64,000 nt of DNA from a virus (Duplodnaviria > Caudoviricetes): the IMG/VR virus record IMGVR_UViG_3300008262_000055, one strand, 5' to 3'. The position numbers and the translations under genes are program-made. How positions within the stretch are numbered: the stretch's first letter is position 1; the number at the start of each line of letters is the position of its first letter. This document shows, in pieces, positions 1 to 7,315 of the stretch. Under the pieces are notes generated by a model that was not told the origin of the DNA, searched no databases, and saw only the letters and a program-made list of their open reading frames with translations.

Positions 1-198
1 AGTAAGCAGCAGTATCAGCTAGCAGAGCTGCTGTGGAACTGCGACACGCAGGCTGCTGTAGATCAGCTTAAACAAAGCCTGCCACCAAGGCATCGCAGAG
101 AAGCCGAGACCGTACATCAGTTGATGATCGCTGCTGTGATGGATGGCTATGATGAGGTCACTGAGGATGTTCAGGCTCTGATCCAAGCTCTGAAGTAA
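1..198 (+). CDS. small hypothetical phage protein, 5' truncated by window edge
   Basis: Frame +1 is open from base 1 to TAA at 196-198 (SKQQYQLAELLWNCDTQAAVDQLKQSLP...VQALIQALK*). It is absent from the ORF track because it has no start codon, and reads more protein-like than the antisense ORF 19..222. Confidence 0.65.
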   Translation, partial: SKQQYQLAELLWNCDTQAAVDQLKQSLPPRHRREAETVHQLMIAAVMDGYDEVTEDVQALIQALK

Positions 199-212
199 GG
201 CTGCTCCAGGTG

Positions 213-243
213 GGACCATCATGGACCATCATGGGGTGGGGGG
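213..243. repeat. tandem 10-nt repeat GGACCATCAT x2 followed by G-run GGGGTGGGGGG
   Basis: Seen directly at 213-222 and 223-232, with the G-tract at 233-243. GTTAGT x2 follows at 245-256. Confidence 0.8.
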
Positions 244-347
244 CGTTAGTGTTAGTGTGTACTAACGTATTATACTGCGGTATGGGGTACAGAATCACCA
301 CCTTGAAAGCATAAGTACTTCACCCTAAAAAATTTGCACGCTGCATT

Positions 348-575
348 TTAAGCCTCTAGGACCCATTTCGGGCTAGGCCACTGCCAGGTCAGTGCAAACA
401 GTGTATAATCCGCATCCGCCGGCAACCATATCCATGCTTTGTAATATGTCAGGGTTTTTTGATATTTTACAGAATAGCGTAGACTCCACTCTAGTAGATG
501 TTGATCTAACACAGTGTTGAAGTACAGGGCACTTTGACCACCCGCACCCGTGGGCAAATTGAACTCTATGTGCAT
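348..575 (-). CDS. small hypothetical protein
   Basis: ORF 348..608. The likely start is ATG at 575 (MHIEFNLP...), preceded by TAAATA-N5. Confidence 0.7.
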   Translation of the reverse strand: MHIEFNLPTGAGGQSALYFNTVLDQHLLEWSLRYSVKYQKTLTYYKAWIWLPADADYTLFALTWQWPSPKWVLEA

Positions 576-580
576 GCTAT

Positions 581-601
581 TATTTAAAAAATCTGTAAAT
601 A
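581..601. promoter_or_regulatory. back-to-back T4-like late promoter motifs (TAAATA on both strands)
   Basis: tattta at 581-586 lies 5 nt before the minus-strand ATG at 575. taaata at 596-601 lies 5 nt before the plus-strand ATG at 607. Confidence 0.75.
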
Positions 602-606
602 ATTGC

Positions 607-1035
607 ATGACCGCACAAGCACAGTTCTTTAAGCTGTTAGTTGACCACAGTTCTGTTACGGGCTTTGAGTGCCCTGAAAGTCTGTATTGGTATTTGAGTC
701 ACTTACTAGACAGTCGTCTTACCCGTGTAGATCTCATTCCAGACCCTAGTTTTGCTGAACGCTACCTACTGCTGTATCAAAGCACAGATTCCACACAGTA
801 CAAAGACTACGCAGACAGCTGTTTGTTCTTTACAGCACTATTACCAGAATATGGACAGCGTAGAGGACTGTCAATGGACTATTACGCTACCTTAGGTATC
901 AGTACTTACTACGCACTGGGCGATATGGTTTCTGATCCTAGATTCACACAGCTGGGCAATTGGTTCTACGCACTACAGAAGTTCTTAAACTCTGCTATAA
1001 AGCCAGAGCAAAGACTACAGCTATTCCCAATATAA
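607..1035 (+). CDS. conserved hypothetical protein (bacterial-type DCLFFxxLxPE family)
   Basis: ORF 550..1035 with likely start ATG 607. Motifs YLSHLL, SFAERYL, YADSCLFFTALLPE and SMDYYATLGISTY. Confidence 0.75.
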   Translation: MTAQAQFFKLLVDHSSVTGFECPESLYWYLSHLLDSRLTRVDLIPDPSFAERYLLLYQSTDSTQYKDYADSCLFFTALLPEYGQRRGLSMDYYATLGISTYYALGDMVSDPRFTQLGNWFYALQKFLNSAIKPEQRLQLFPI

Positions 1036-1108
1036 TCACAGCGGGTTTTAGTAGTTGATACAGTGTCCATAGTGTCACTAGTATAGAAAATTTTATGGCT
1101 GCTAACAT
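995..1108 (-). CDS. 37-aa hydrophobic (membrane) peptide
   Basis: Hand-translated as MLAAIKFSILVTLWTLYQLLKPAVIILGIAVVFALAL*. TAACTA (1114-1119) lies 5 nt upstream of the ATG. The ORF is below the track length cutoff. Confidence 0.55.
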   Translation of the reverse strand: MLAAIKFSILVTLWTLYQLLKPAVIILGIAVVFALAL

Positions 1109-1288
1109 ACTAGTAGTTATCTCTCGGGCAGAGTAGGGCACAGTGAGCAACGCAGTCTGCGAGCATGTATAATATGCTCAGATTAAGCCAAGGAAAAATT
1201 GCTTGCACATCTATCGCTACCGCTGCTGCTTCGCAGCTCAAAAAAATCGCTGAGGCTCCGCCTATCTAGACTACCACCAACCCTGGGT

Positions 1289-1723
1289 TCATCGGTATAG
1301 ATAGTTCACTGAAGTTTCGTTGACTCGCCATTTTTCCGCACCGTTTTTAAGGTGAAAGCGTTCAGCCATTTCTGTCTTTGGGCTTAGTGTGACGTAGGTC
1401 ATAACTTCTGGATGTGTCTTACGGATTTCGCTCTGTGCTTCTTCTATGAGTCTACGGCCCGCACCCTGGGCATAGCTCCATATGGTGTAGAACACTGCGG
1501 TATTGGTCTGTACCACGGTGTTGACTAGGTCTTCTACTTGTGTGGGCACTGATTCTAGAAATTTCACGCAGGTCACAGCTATGGGCTGATCGTTGTCGTC
1601 TTTGAGCACGTAGATTTCTGAGTTTTCGTTTACTCGTTGTTCCAGGGGAATTTCAGGTCTCACAGGGTCATCTTTGACGAGTCTTGTGAGTTCGTCCCCT
1701 AGGTCTCTGATGATGTGTAGCAT
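1289..1723 (-). CDS. GNAT-fold protein resembling malonyl-CoA decarboxylase catalytic domain
   Basis: TAVFYTIW...GAGRRLI...YVTLSP resembles MCD TAVFYSIS...FVTLSP. SD AGGGGA upstream. Confidence 0.6.
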   Translation of the reverse strand: MLHIIRDLGDELTRLVKDDPVRPEIPLEQRVNENSEIYVLKDDNDQPIAVTCVKFLESVPTQVEDLVNTVVQTNTAVFYTIWSYAQGAGRRLIEEAQSEIRKTHPEVMTYVTLSPKTEMAERFHLKNGAEKWRVNETSVNYLYR

Positions 1724-1760
1724 GGTATTCCCCTGTTGTACAGGTATTTATAATCTGCTA

Positions 1761-2462
1761 CTATAATTTTGAGTTTTCTAGGCTTAGAGATTGATCTTCT
1801 AGCTCACGAATGCGATCAGCTAGTTGATCTATTAGGCCCTGTCTGCGTAGTTCTTTGAATACGAGATTTTCCGTGGACCATTCACCCGCACGTTCCAAAC
1901 CAGCTTTACGCATCTTGGTCACACGGTTTTTCACACGCTCTAGCTGAGCCAGTTCACTGTTGGCCAGAGCCAGCTGTATCAATCTGGTCATGTCCTGATA
2001 CTTGGCATCTACAGCATTGTCGTCTATGGTAGGTTCTACTTTTTCGGGTTCAATTACCCAGGTATCGTTGCTAAGACTGTAGACACCTGTGCTGTGATGT
2101 GGCTCGTCTTCGCCCTGTACATAACACTCTACTTCATGTCCACGTATGCGTATGTCGTGCTGTTCTGACCATAGGCTCTTTTTAGCAGAGTATAGCTCGC
2201 GATCTTCGTCTGTGGGAGTGCCGGGTACGATCAGATGCAGGTCTAGATCACTGTGCTGTGTCCATGTATAGTTGGCGTTAGAGCCAGTGACTGTGATGTC
2301 TTTGACGGGTAGATCTATGCCCACAAACTGCTCAAAGTGTTGGGCAATTTTCAGCAGCTTGGCTTTGACCTGTGGGTCCAGTTCGCCCTCACGCCATAGG
2401 CGAGGATTTAGTTCGCGATTTACTGTTACACTTACAGATTCTAATAATTCTCTCAGCAGCAT
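1761..2462 (-). CDS. nucleotidyltransferase (Pol-beta superfamily)
   Basis: hGS motif (VTGSNA), DxD (SDLDLH), and a further acidic residue in VECY. Confidence 0.8.
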   Translation of the reverse strand: MLLRELLESVSVTVNRELNPRLWREGELDPQVKAKLLKIAQHFEQFVGIDLPVKDITVTGSNANYTWTQHSDLDLHLIVPGTPTDEDRELYSAKKSLWSEQHDIRIRGHEVECYVQGEDEPHHSTGVYSLSNDTWVIEPEKVEPTIDDNAVDAKYQDMTRLIQLALANSELAQLERVKNRVTKMRKAGLERAGEWSTENLVFKELRRQGLIDQLADRIRELEDQSLSLENSKL

Positions 2463-2807
2463 TTAAACTCCGTACCGGTTTTTCTTGGGTTTAGCCACAG
2501 GACTTAGATTGCTGGTATCTGTGGGTTCGTGACTGCCGCGATCTGCTATTATGCGACCCTTGTGTCCTGTTTGCCTACTACCACCTGCTATGATCGCTTC
2601 TTCTTCGGGTGTATAGGCCACTATCACTGCGTGATTACCAGTAGGGCCTTCTGGGTAATTTATGGTATGATCAGCCATGGCCATGCCAAATCTATAGGCA
2701 CGATAAGCATCTGAACTGGGCATAGTGGGAAATTCGTAGGTGGTGCTCATCACTGAGCTCTTACGCTTGGGAAATGTTCTTTCTACAATGAATTCTTTTG
2801 CACGCAT
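2463..2807 (-). CDS. hypothetical protein, candidate internal head protein
   Basis: 114-aa ORF. N-terminus MRAKEFIVE resembles the T4 capsid-targeting sequence. TAAATA-N4-ATG upstream. Confidence 0.7.
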   Translation of the reverse strand: MRAKEFIVERTFPKRKSSVMSTTYEFPTMPSSDAYRAYRFGMAMADHTINYPEGPTGNHAVIVAYTPEEEAIIAGGSRQTGHKGRIIADRGSHEPTDTSNLSPVAKPKKNRYGV

Positions 2808-2810
2808 CCA

Positions 2811-3050
2811 TTATTTAGCCCACTTTAAGCGATAGTTTAATAATGTCTGTTCGTTGTAGAATTCCACGATTAGTTTACACCAGTGATCATCACGCTGCTC
2901 TAGCATTAACTGGCAGTTTCCACGCTGCTGATCCAACAGCCAACGGGTCTGTTCTAGTCCTATGGTTTTGTGTACTTTGGGCCAATCTATTTCTATGTGT
3001 TCGCCTTCACTGGGTAACCAGCGATATAATTCTACTGCTTTATTCTTCAT
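2811..3050 (-). CDS. hypothetical protein
   Basis: 79-aa ORF tiling between helicase and the next gene. Confidence 0.7.
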   Translation of the reverse strand: MKNKAVELYRWLPSEGEHIEIDWPKVHKTIGLEQTRWLLDQQRGNCQLMLEQRDDHWCKLIVEFYNEQTLLNYRLKWAK

Positions 3051-4464
3051 CTTGCGTGAGGTTATTGATAAACTGTTTGAGTTTAGTACTTTCTACTATG
3101 GCTTTGGGAGCAGGTGCTAGGCTAGCACCACGATTGGGATCTATGACACCATCTTGATCTACCACTGTGCTGGATCTAGATTTAATCTGATTGATGATTT
3201 GATTGCTGCGTGTCTGTGATTCCAGTTCCTGCTGATCTTCTGGCAGATCAGAGATTCTCAGCGTTTCTATGTTAAACTCTAGATCTATCTTTTGCCCTAC
3301 ACCTGAGCTGGATCTAGTCTTCATCAACTGTAGCTGATAGCGTCCACGTTCACGCATGGCTCGCGAAGTAAAGATACCAAACACGTTGTCTGCTGTTTGA
3401 ATCTTTGAAAGTCCACCTGAAATATGACTGTGATCAAATTCAACTTCTTCCACCGCACCACGATTCAACTGTGCCGCAGTAACAAACACACATTGTTTTT
3501 CCATGGCCAAGTTACGCAATTCTTCTGATACAAATTTGTCTTTGATGAACAGATCTGCTGGCGAAATCTTCTTAGAAATGGGCATCAATAGATCCATGTA
3601 ATCTACTAACAATACATCAACTCTGCGTCCAACCTTTATTTCGTATTCTTTGATGTAAGCACGAATGTCATTGACTGTCTTACCACTGGGCATATATTTG
3701 ACTTGGAACAGGCCTGCTTTCTTGCCCACCAGCTTGACCTTCATTTCAATGTCATCGATATTCCTAAAAATCTCTTTGGTACTGACGCCAGTGAGCATTG
3801 AGTCAATACGCATAGATACCAATGCTTCTGAAAGTTCTAAAGTTAGGTATATGACATTCATTCCGTTCAATGCCCAGTTCACACCTAGGTTTGCCAAGAA
3901 CAGACTTTTACCAGCACCTGATCCACCTGCGAAGATATTCAACTCTCCGCGATTCATGCCGCCAAACAGTTTACGATCCATAGTAGACCAGCCTGTACTA
4001 ACCTGTCCGTTCTTGTCTTTGAGTCCCATCAATCTAGCACGGGGATCAGCAAAATAGTCTGTGCCCATGTCACGTGCTAGACCAATCTGTACTGCTTCTT
4101 TGATCTTAGATTCAACTTGTCCATAGTCATGTTTTTCTAATAGATCAGCTGACTCAATGATCGCACGTTCTAGACTCTTGTGTCTAGTAAATGTTTCAAA
4201 CTCATCCATTAACCAATCTAGATGCCCATCTTTGAGCTCTCCCGGGTCTTTGAATTCAGTACCGCAACTGGCATTGACCATTTCAAATTCAGGCAACACC
4301 GTATATTGTTCTGCGTATTTGTGTATGAATTCAGCAGCTTCTTGTAGTTTTCTATCAAACAGCGAAGCATCAAAAATACCTTGGCAGCGTACAAATGTTT
4401 CCGCATCTGCCAACATCATTTCTAAATACAACTTCTGTACATCGTAATCGTAATTTTTTGTCAT
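3040..4464 (-). CDS. gp41: replicative DnaB-like helicase (T4 gp41 type)
   Basis: Walker A AGGSGAGKS, YLTLELSE, Walker B LLVDYMD, TAAQLNR, and QLMKTRSS. Confidence 0.93.
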   Translation of the reverse strand: MTKNYDYDVQKLYLEMMLADAETFVRCQGIFDASLFDRKLQEAAEFIHKYAEQYTVLPEFEMVNASCGTEFKDPGELKDGHLDWLMDEFETFTRHKSLERAIIESADLLEKHDYGQVESKIKEAVQIGLARDMGTDYFADPRARLMGLKDKNGQVSTGWSTMDRKLFGGMNRGELNIFAGGSGAGKSLFLANLGVNWALNGMNVIYLTLELSEALVSMRIDSMLTGVSTKEIFRNIDDIEMKVKLVGKKAGLFQVKYMPSGKTVNDIRAYIKEYEIKVGRRVDVLLVDYMDLLMPISKKISPADLFIKDKFVSEELRNLAMEKQCVFVTAAQLNRGAVEEVEFDHSHISGGLSKIQTADNVFGIFTSRAMRERGRYQLQLMKTRSSSGVGQKIDLEFNIETLRISDLPEDQQELESQTRSNQIINQIKSRSSTVVDQDGVIDPNRGASLAPAPKAIVESTKLKQFINNLTQDEE

Positions 4465-5144
4465 TTTTTATCTTTGAGATTAAATTTACTTACCACGTGG
4501 CCATCTCCAGGATAGTTCTTAATTAGTTCTGCTAACTGCTGTGCTAGTCTATGATTATCGTTAATGGATAAATGATTGTCGTATTTCATTGTATCTGAGT
4601 CAATATGCGAGTAATTAAAAAGATTGTCTTTGAATCTTACGCCTCGCTTAAACTCATAATCATTCCATTTGCCATAAAAACATTGTAGGTGATATACCTG
4701 TTCTATATCAGGATATAGATCTAGTGTTTCGTCAATTTCTCTAAACCATTGTTGTTGAGCCCACAAGTGAAAGTCTTCGCTGACCAAATATTGAAAATAT
4801 GCTTTTGCCGCATCCCACAAGTCGTCGTCATTAGGCTCAATACCTCGTAAACTGCCATCTAGAGAGCAGGCCAATGTTAATGGTTTGTTACGATCATTGG
4901 GCAGTCGCATAGGTTCTGTGTGACAGAAAATCAAAACTTTTGGTTGATTTTTAAGATAAAACGGTAACTGTTTTTTCACACTCCACCAACTGGCACCACC
5001 CCACCCGTAACCTCTAGCAGGATTGGTAGGTCCCGGATCTTTGTCCGTTAATAGATTTGATAGTCTATAAGGCCAATGATTTGGAACTTTTCTTTGACTA
5101 CAAAAACTATCACCTAAAATAACTATATCATTCCACGTATACAT
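4461..5144 (-). CDS. SGNH/GDSL-like hydrolase/acyltransferase-fold protein
   Basis: N-terminal ILGDSF, a Gly block GGASWW, and C-terminal DNH. Confidence 0.5.
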   Translation of the reverse strand: MYTWNDIVILGDSFCSQRKVPNHWPYRLSNLLTDKDPGPTNPARGYGWGGASWWSVKKQLPFYLKNQPKVLIFCHTEPMRLPNDRNKPLTLACSLDGSLRGIEPNDDDLWDAAKAYFQYLVSEDFHLWAQQQWFREIDETLDLYPDIEQVYHLQCFYGKWNDYEFKRGVRFKDNLFNYSHIDSDTMKYDNHLSINDNHRLAQQLAELIKNYPGDGHVVSKFNLKDKK

Positions 5145-6303
5145 TATTAATATTATACACTCTTATTCTAGTACTAGCAAGCCAGGGTTCAACCATCTTC
5201 CAAGTATCGGGAAATACTTCAGGATAGTTTTGTTCACGTATTTGATCACGTAGATATATTGCCTGCCAAAATGTCTGCCACTTCCAACTGAGATCATACG
5301 GACTGTTAAGATACCCCACAATTACTGATCGTTGTTCTTCCCAATCCTTTTGATCCGTTTTACTTGTCTGTGATTCTAATTTTCTTATCAACTGATTTCT
5401 TATATCTCTAGGAATGATTTGAACACTGTGATCTCCGTGTACAATGTTTAAATAAAAACTAATATTTTTTGATCTATAAAATTCATAGGTTTCAAACACA
5501 TCGTTGATGTTAAACACACTTAGACTAAAACATACACCTAATTTCCAAGGTTGTTGTTTAAAAAGATCTAAATTTGACACATGTTCATTCCAATTGGCTG
5601 GGTGTCTAAGATATTCAAATTTTTGTTCTATGCCGTCTGTGCTGACCTGTATGTCTACACTTTTAAACTTGTTCAACAAATCGATATGCTGCGATGGGAA
5701 TATAGTACCGTTGGTATTATAATGTAGACTGATATCTTGGCTACGTCCTTGTGACACTAACTGCTCTAATAACAACCAGTGGCTGTCTATATAAAATGGT
5801 TCACCACCACTAAAATCAATATGCTGTATAGTATCACTAAACTCATAGAGTTCTTGCCACTGACTGCTGACTTTGAATAACTTAGGCATCTTATCGCCTA
5901 ATCGCTTGGCTTCTTCTGCTGCCCATTGGCTGGAGTTTTCTGGACCACATATCCTACAGCGTAGATTACACAGATTATCCATACTGACATCTAATACCGC
6001 AGGTAGACTATTAGGGGAGAAATTGTCTATGCCCCAACGGTCATTGTCTCTAATTCTCTTAGATTGTTTTCCGGCTTTTTCTTCGTTCCAACAACTGGAA
6101 CATTCTGATACAGATTCGCCTTGATCTAAACGCTGAATAAAATGTTGTCTATCTTTGCTAGACCAAAATTCTGATATCTTAGCAGTTTCTAAAGTTTGAC
6201 TTTTATTGTCAGTAATAAAAATCTTTCTGCTCATACAACATGGCTTAACTATACCATTTGGATGAACGCTGAGATTCATATAAGCATTTACACATCGGGT
6301 CAT
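5128..6303 (-). CDS. radical SAM protein with N-terminal twitch/SPASM-like Cys cluster
   Basis: CNLRCRIC (CxxxCxxC), FSGGEPF, YNTNGT and STDG, plus N-terminal C...PCC...CSSC. Confidence 0.9.
   Translation of the reverse strand: MTRCVNAYMNLSVHPNGIVKPCCMSRKIFITDNKSQTLETAKISEFWSSKDRQHFIQRLDQGESVSECSSCWNEEKAGKQSKRIRDNDRWGIDNFSPNSLPAVLDVSMDNLCNLRCRICGPENSSQWAAEEAKRLGDKMPKLFKVSSQWQELYEFSDTIQHIDFSGGEPFYIDSHWLLLEQLVSQGRSQDISLHYNTNGTIFPSQHIDLLNKFKSVDIQVSTDGIEQKFEYLRHPANWNEHVSNLDLFKQQPWKLGVCFSLSVFNINDVFETYEFYRSKNISFYLNIVHGDHSVQIIPRDIRNQLIRKLESQTSKTDQKDWEEQRSVIVGYLNSPYDLSWKWQTFWQAIYLRDQIREQNYPEVFPDTWKMVEPWLASTRIRVYNINNVYVE
5152..5180 (-). promoter_or_regulatory. sigma70-type promoter for the SGNH-helicase genes
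   Basis: TTGCTA-17-TATAAT-7-ATG(5144), embedded in the 3' end of the radical SAM gene. Confidence 0.6.
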
Positions 6304-7226
6304 AAGATCTGTGGAGGTTTAATTCGAACGTTAAGGGACAACAGAGCAGCACCAATAGCACTGCTAGGATCTCCAGGATTAGATAGTGACCAAATATTTT
6401 CCCATTGGGTAGCAAGGTATCGATTATATTTGCTATTCATAGCACAGCCTCCCATATAAACTAGATTTTTACTATCTGTTAATTTTCGGGCATACAACAT
6501 GACCATGTCTGCTTGTTCTTCAAACACTCGCTGGACAGCAGCGGCGATATCCCATCGATCTTGATCGCTGATTATCGGGTCTGGCCAATCTAATACTCCG
6601 CAGTGTAGATTATATCTCAATGATAATACACCATCGAAATATTCTCTTACTATATCTAAATATCGGCGATAATCACCTAGCTCGCTGTCTCTTTGTAATA
6701 GATGCTCTTCTGCTACAGGCTTATATCCAATTAATTGAGTAAACGCCGAATAAAACATTCCTAGACTGTTGGGATAAGATCTACTCCAAACTTTTTTAAG
6801 TTCTGTACCTCGACCTTGCCATATGGTAGCACTTTCCCATTCTCCCATAGCATCTAATACTACCACAGTGGCTTCTTCAAATGGAGAAGTTAGAAAACCT
6901 GCTGCCGCATGACTTTTGTGGTGGGGGAAGTATTTTACCTTAGCATAGCCTAGTTTATTTTCTTTCAGCCATTTATTTGGCAACACCGACATGTCCATGG
7001 CTGCTGAATACTGACCAGCATATAACTGTCGTGTTTTTTTCAGCCAAGGTCTTTCGTACCAAGCAATCACACTAGGTCCACGACCAGCGGACGAAGTCAA
7101 CGCTCTATGTATGATCCCAGAGTCACTGTCTACACCTTTGACAGTTTCAAATCTTTTTAATTGATGGCCCTCAAATACCGCTATACTGATATCGTGATTT
7201 AGGGCGTTTATTCCCCAGGTAATCAT
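6300..7226 (-). CDS. carbamoyltransferase (NodU/CmcH family), N-terminal Kae1-like domain only
   Basis: NHDISIA, HHKSHAAAGF, VLDAMGE, MGGCAMN and GDPSSAIGAA. It is 308 aa and ends before the C-terminal YrdC-like domain. Confidence 0.8.
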   Translation of the reverse strand: MITWGINALNHDISIAVFEGHQLKRFETVKGVDSDSGIIHRALTSSAGRGPSVIAWYERPWLKKTRQLYAGQYSAAMDMSVLPNKWLKENKLGYAKVKYFPHHKSHAAAGFLTSPFEEATVVVLDAMGEWESATIWQGRGTELKKVWSRSYPNSLGMFYSAFTQLIGYKPVAEEHLLQRDSELGDYRRYLDIVREYFDGVLSLRYNLHCGVLDWPDPIISDQDRWDIAAAVQRVFEEQADMVMLYARKLTDSKNLVYMGGCAMNSKYNRYLATQWENIWSLSNPGDPSSAIGAALLSLNVRIKPPQIL

Positions 7227-7315
7227 TTGTATATAAACGGATCACGTTTGCGTAATTCTTTAATACGCTTACGATATCTCAACCAGTCTCTAAATCTTTT
7301 GTATAGCCTAAACAT
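7223..7315 (-). CDS. 30-aa basic peptide ending RKRDPFIYK
   Basis: Hand-translated as MFRLYKRFRDWLRYRKRIKELRKRDPFIYK*. Its start overlaps the primase end and its stop overlaps the next start (ATGA). Confidence 0.75.
   Translation of the reverse strand: MFRLYKRFRDWLRYRKRIKELRKRDPFIYK

Noticed and set aside
19-222. 67-aa minus-strand ORF in the track
   Set aside because: It is a likely shadow of the more protein-like plus-frame ORF 1..198, and its start lies in the tandem repeat.
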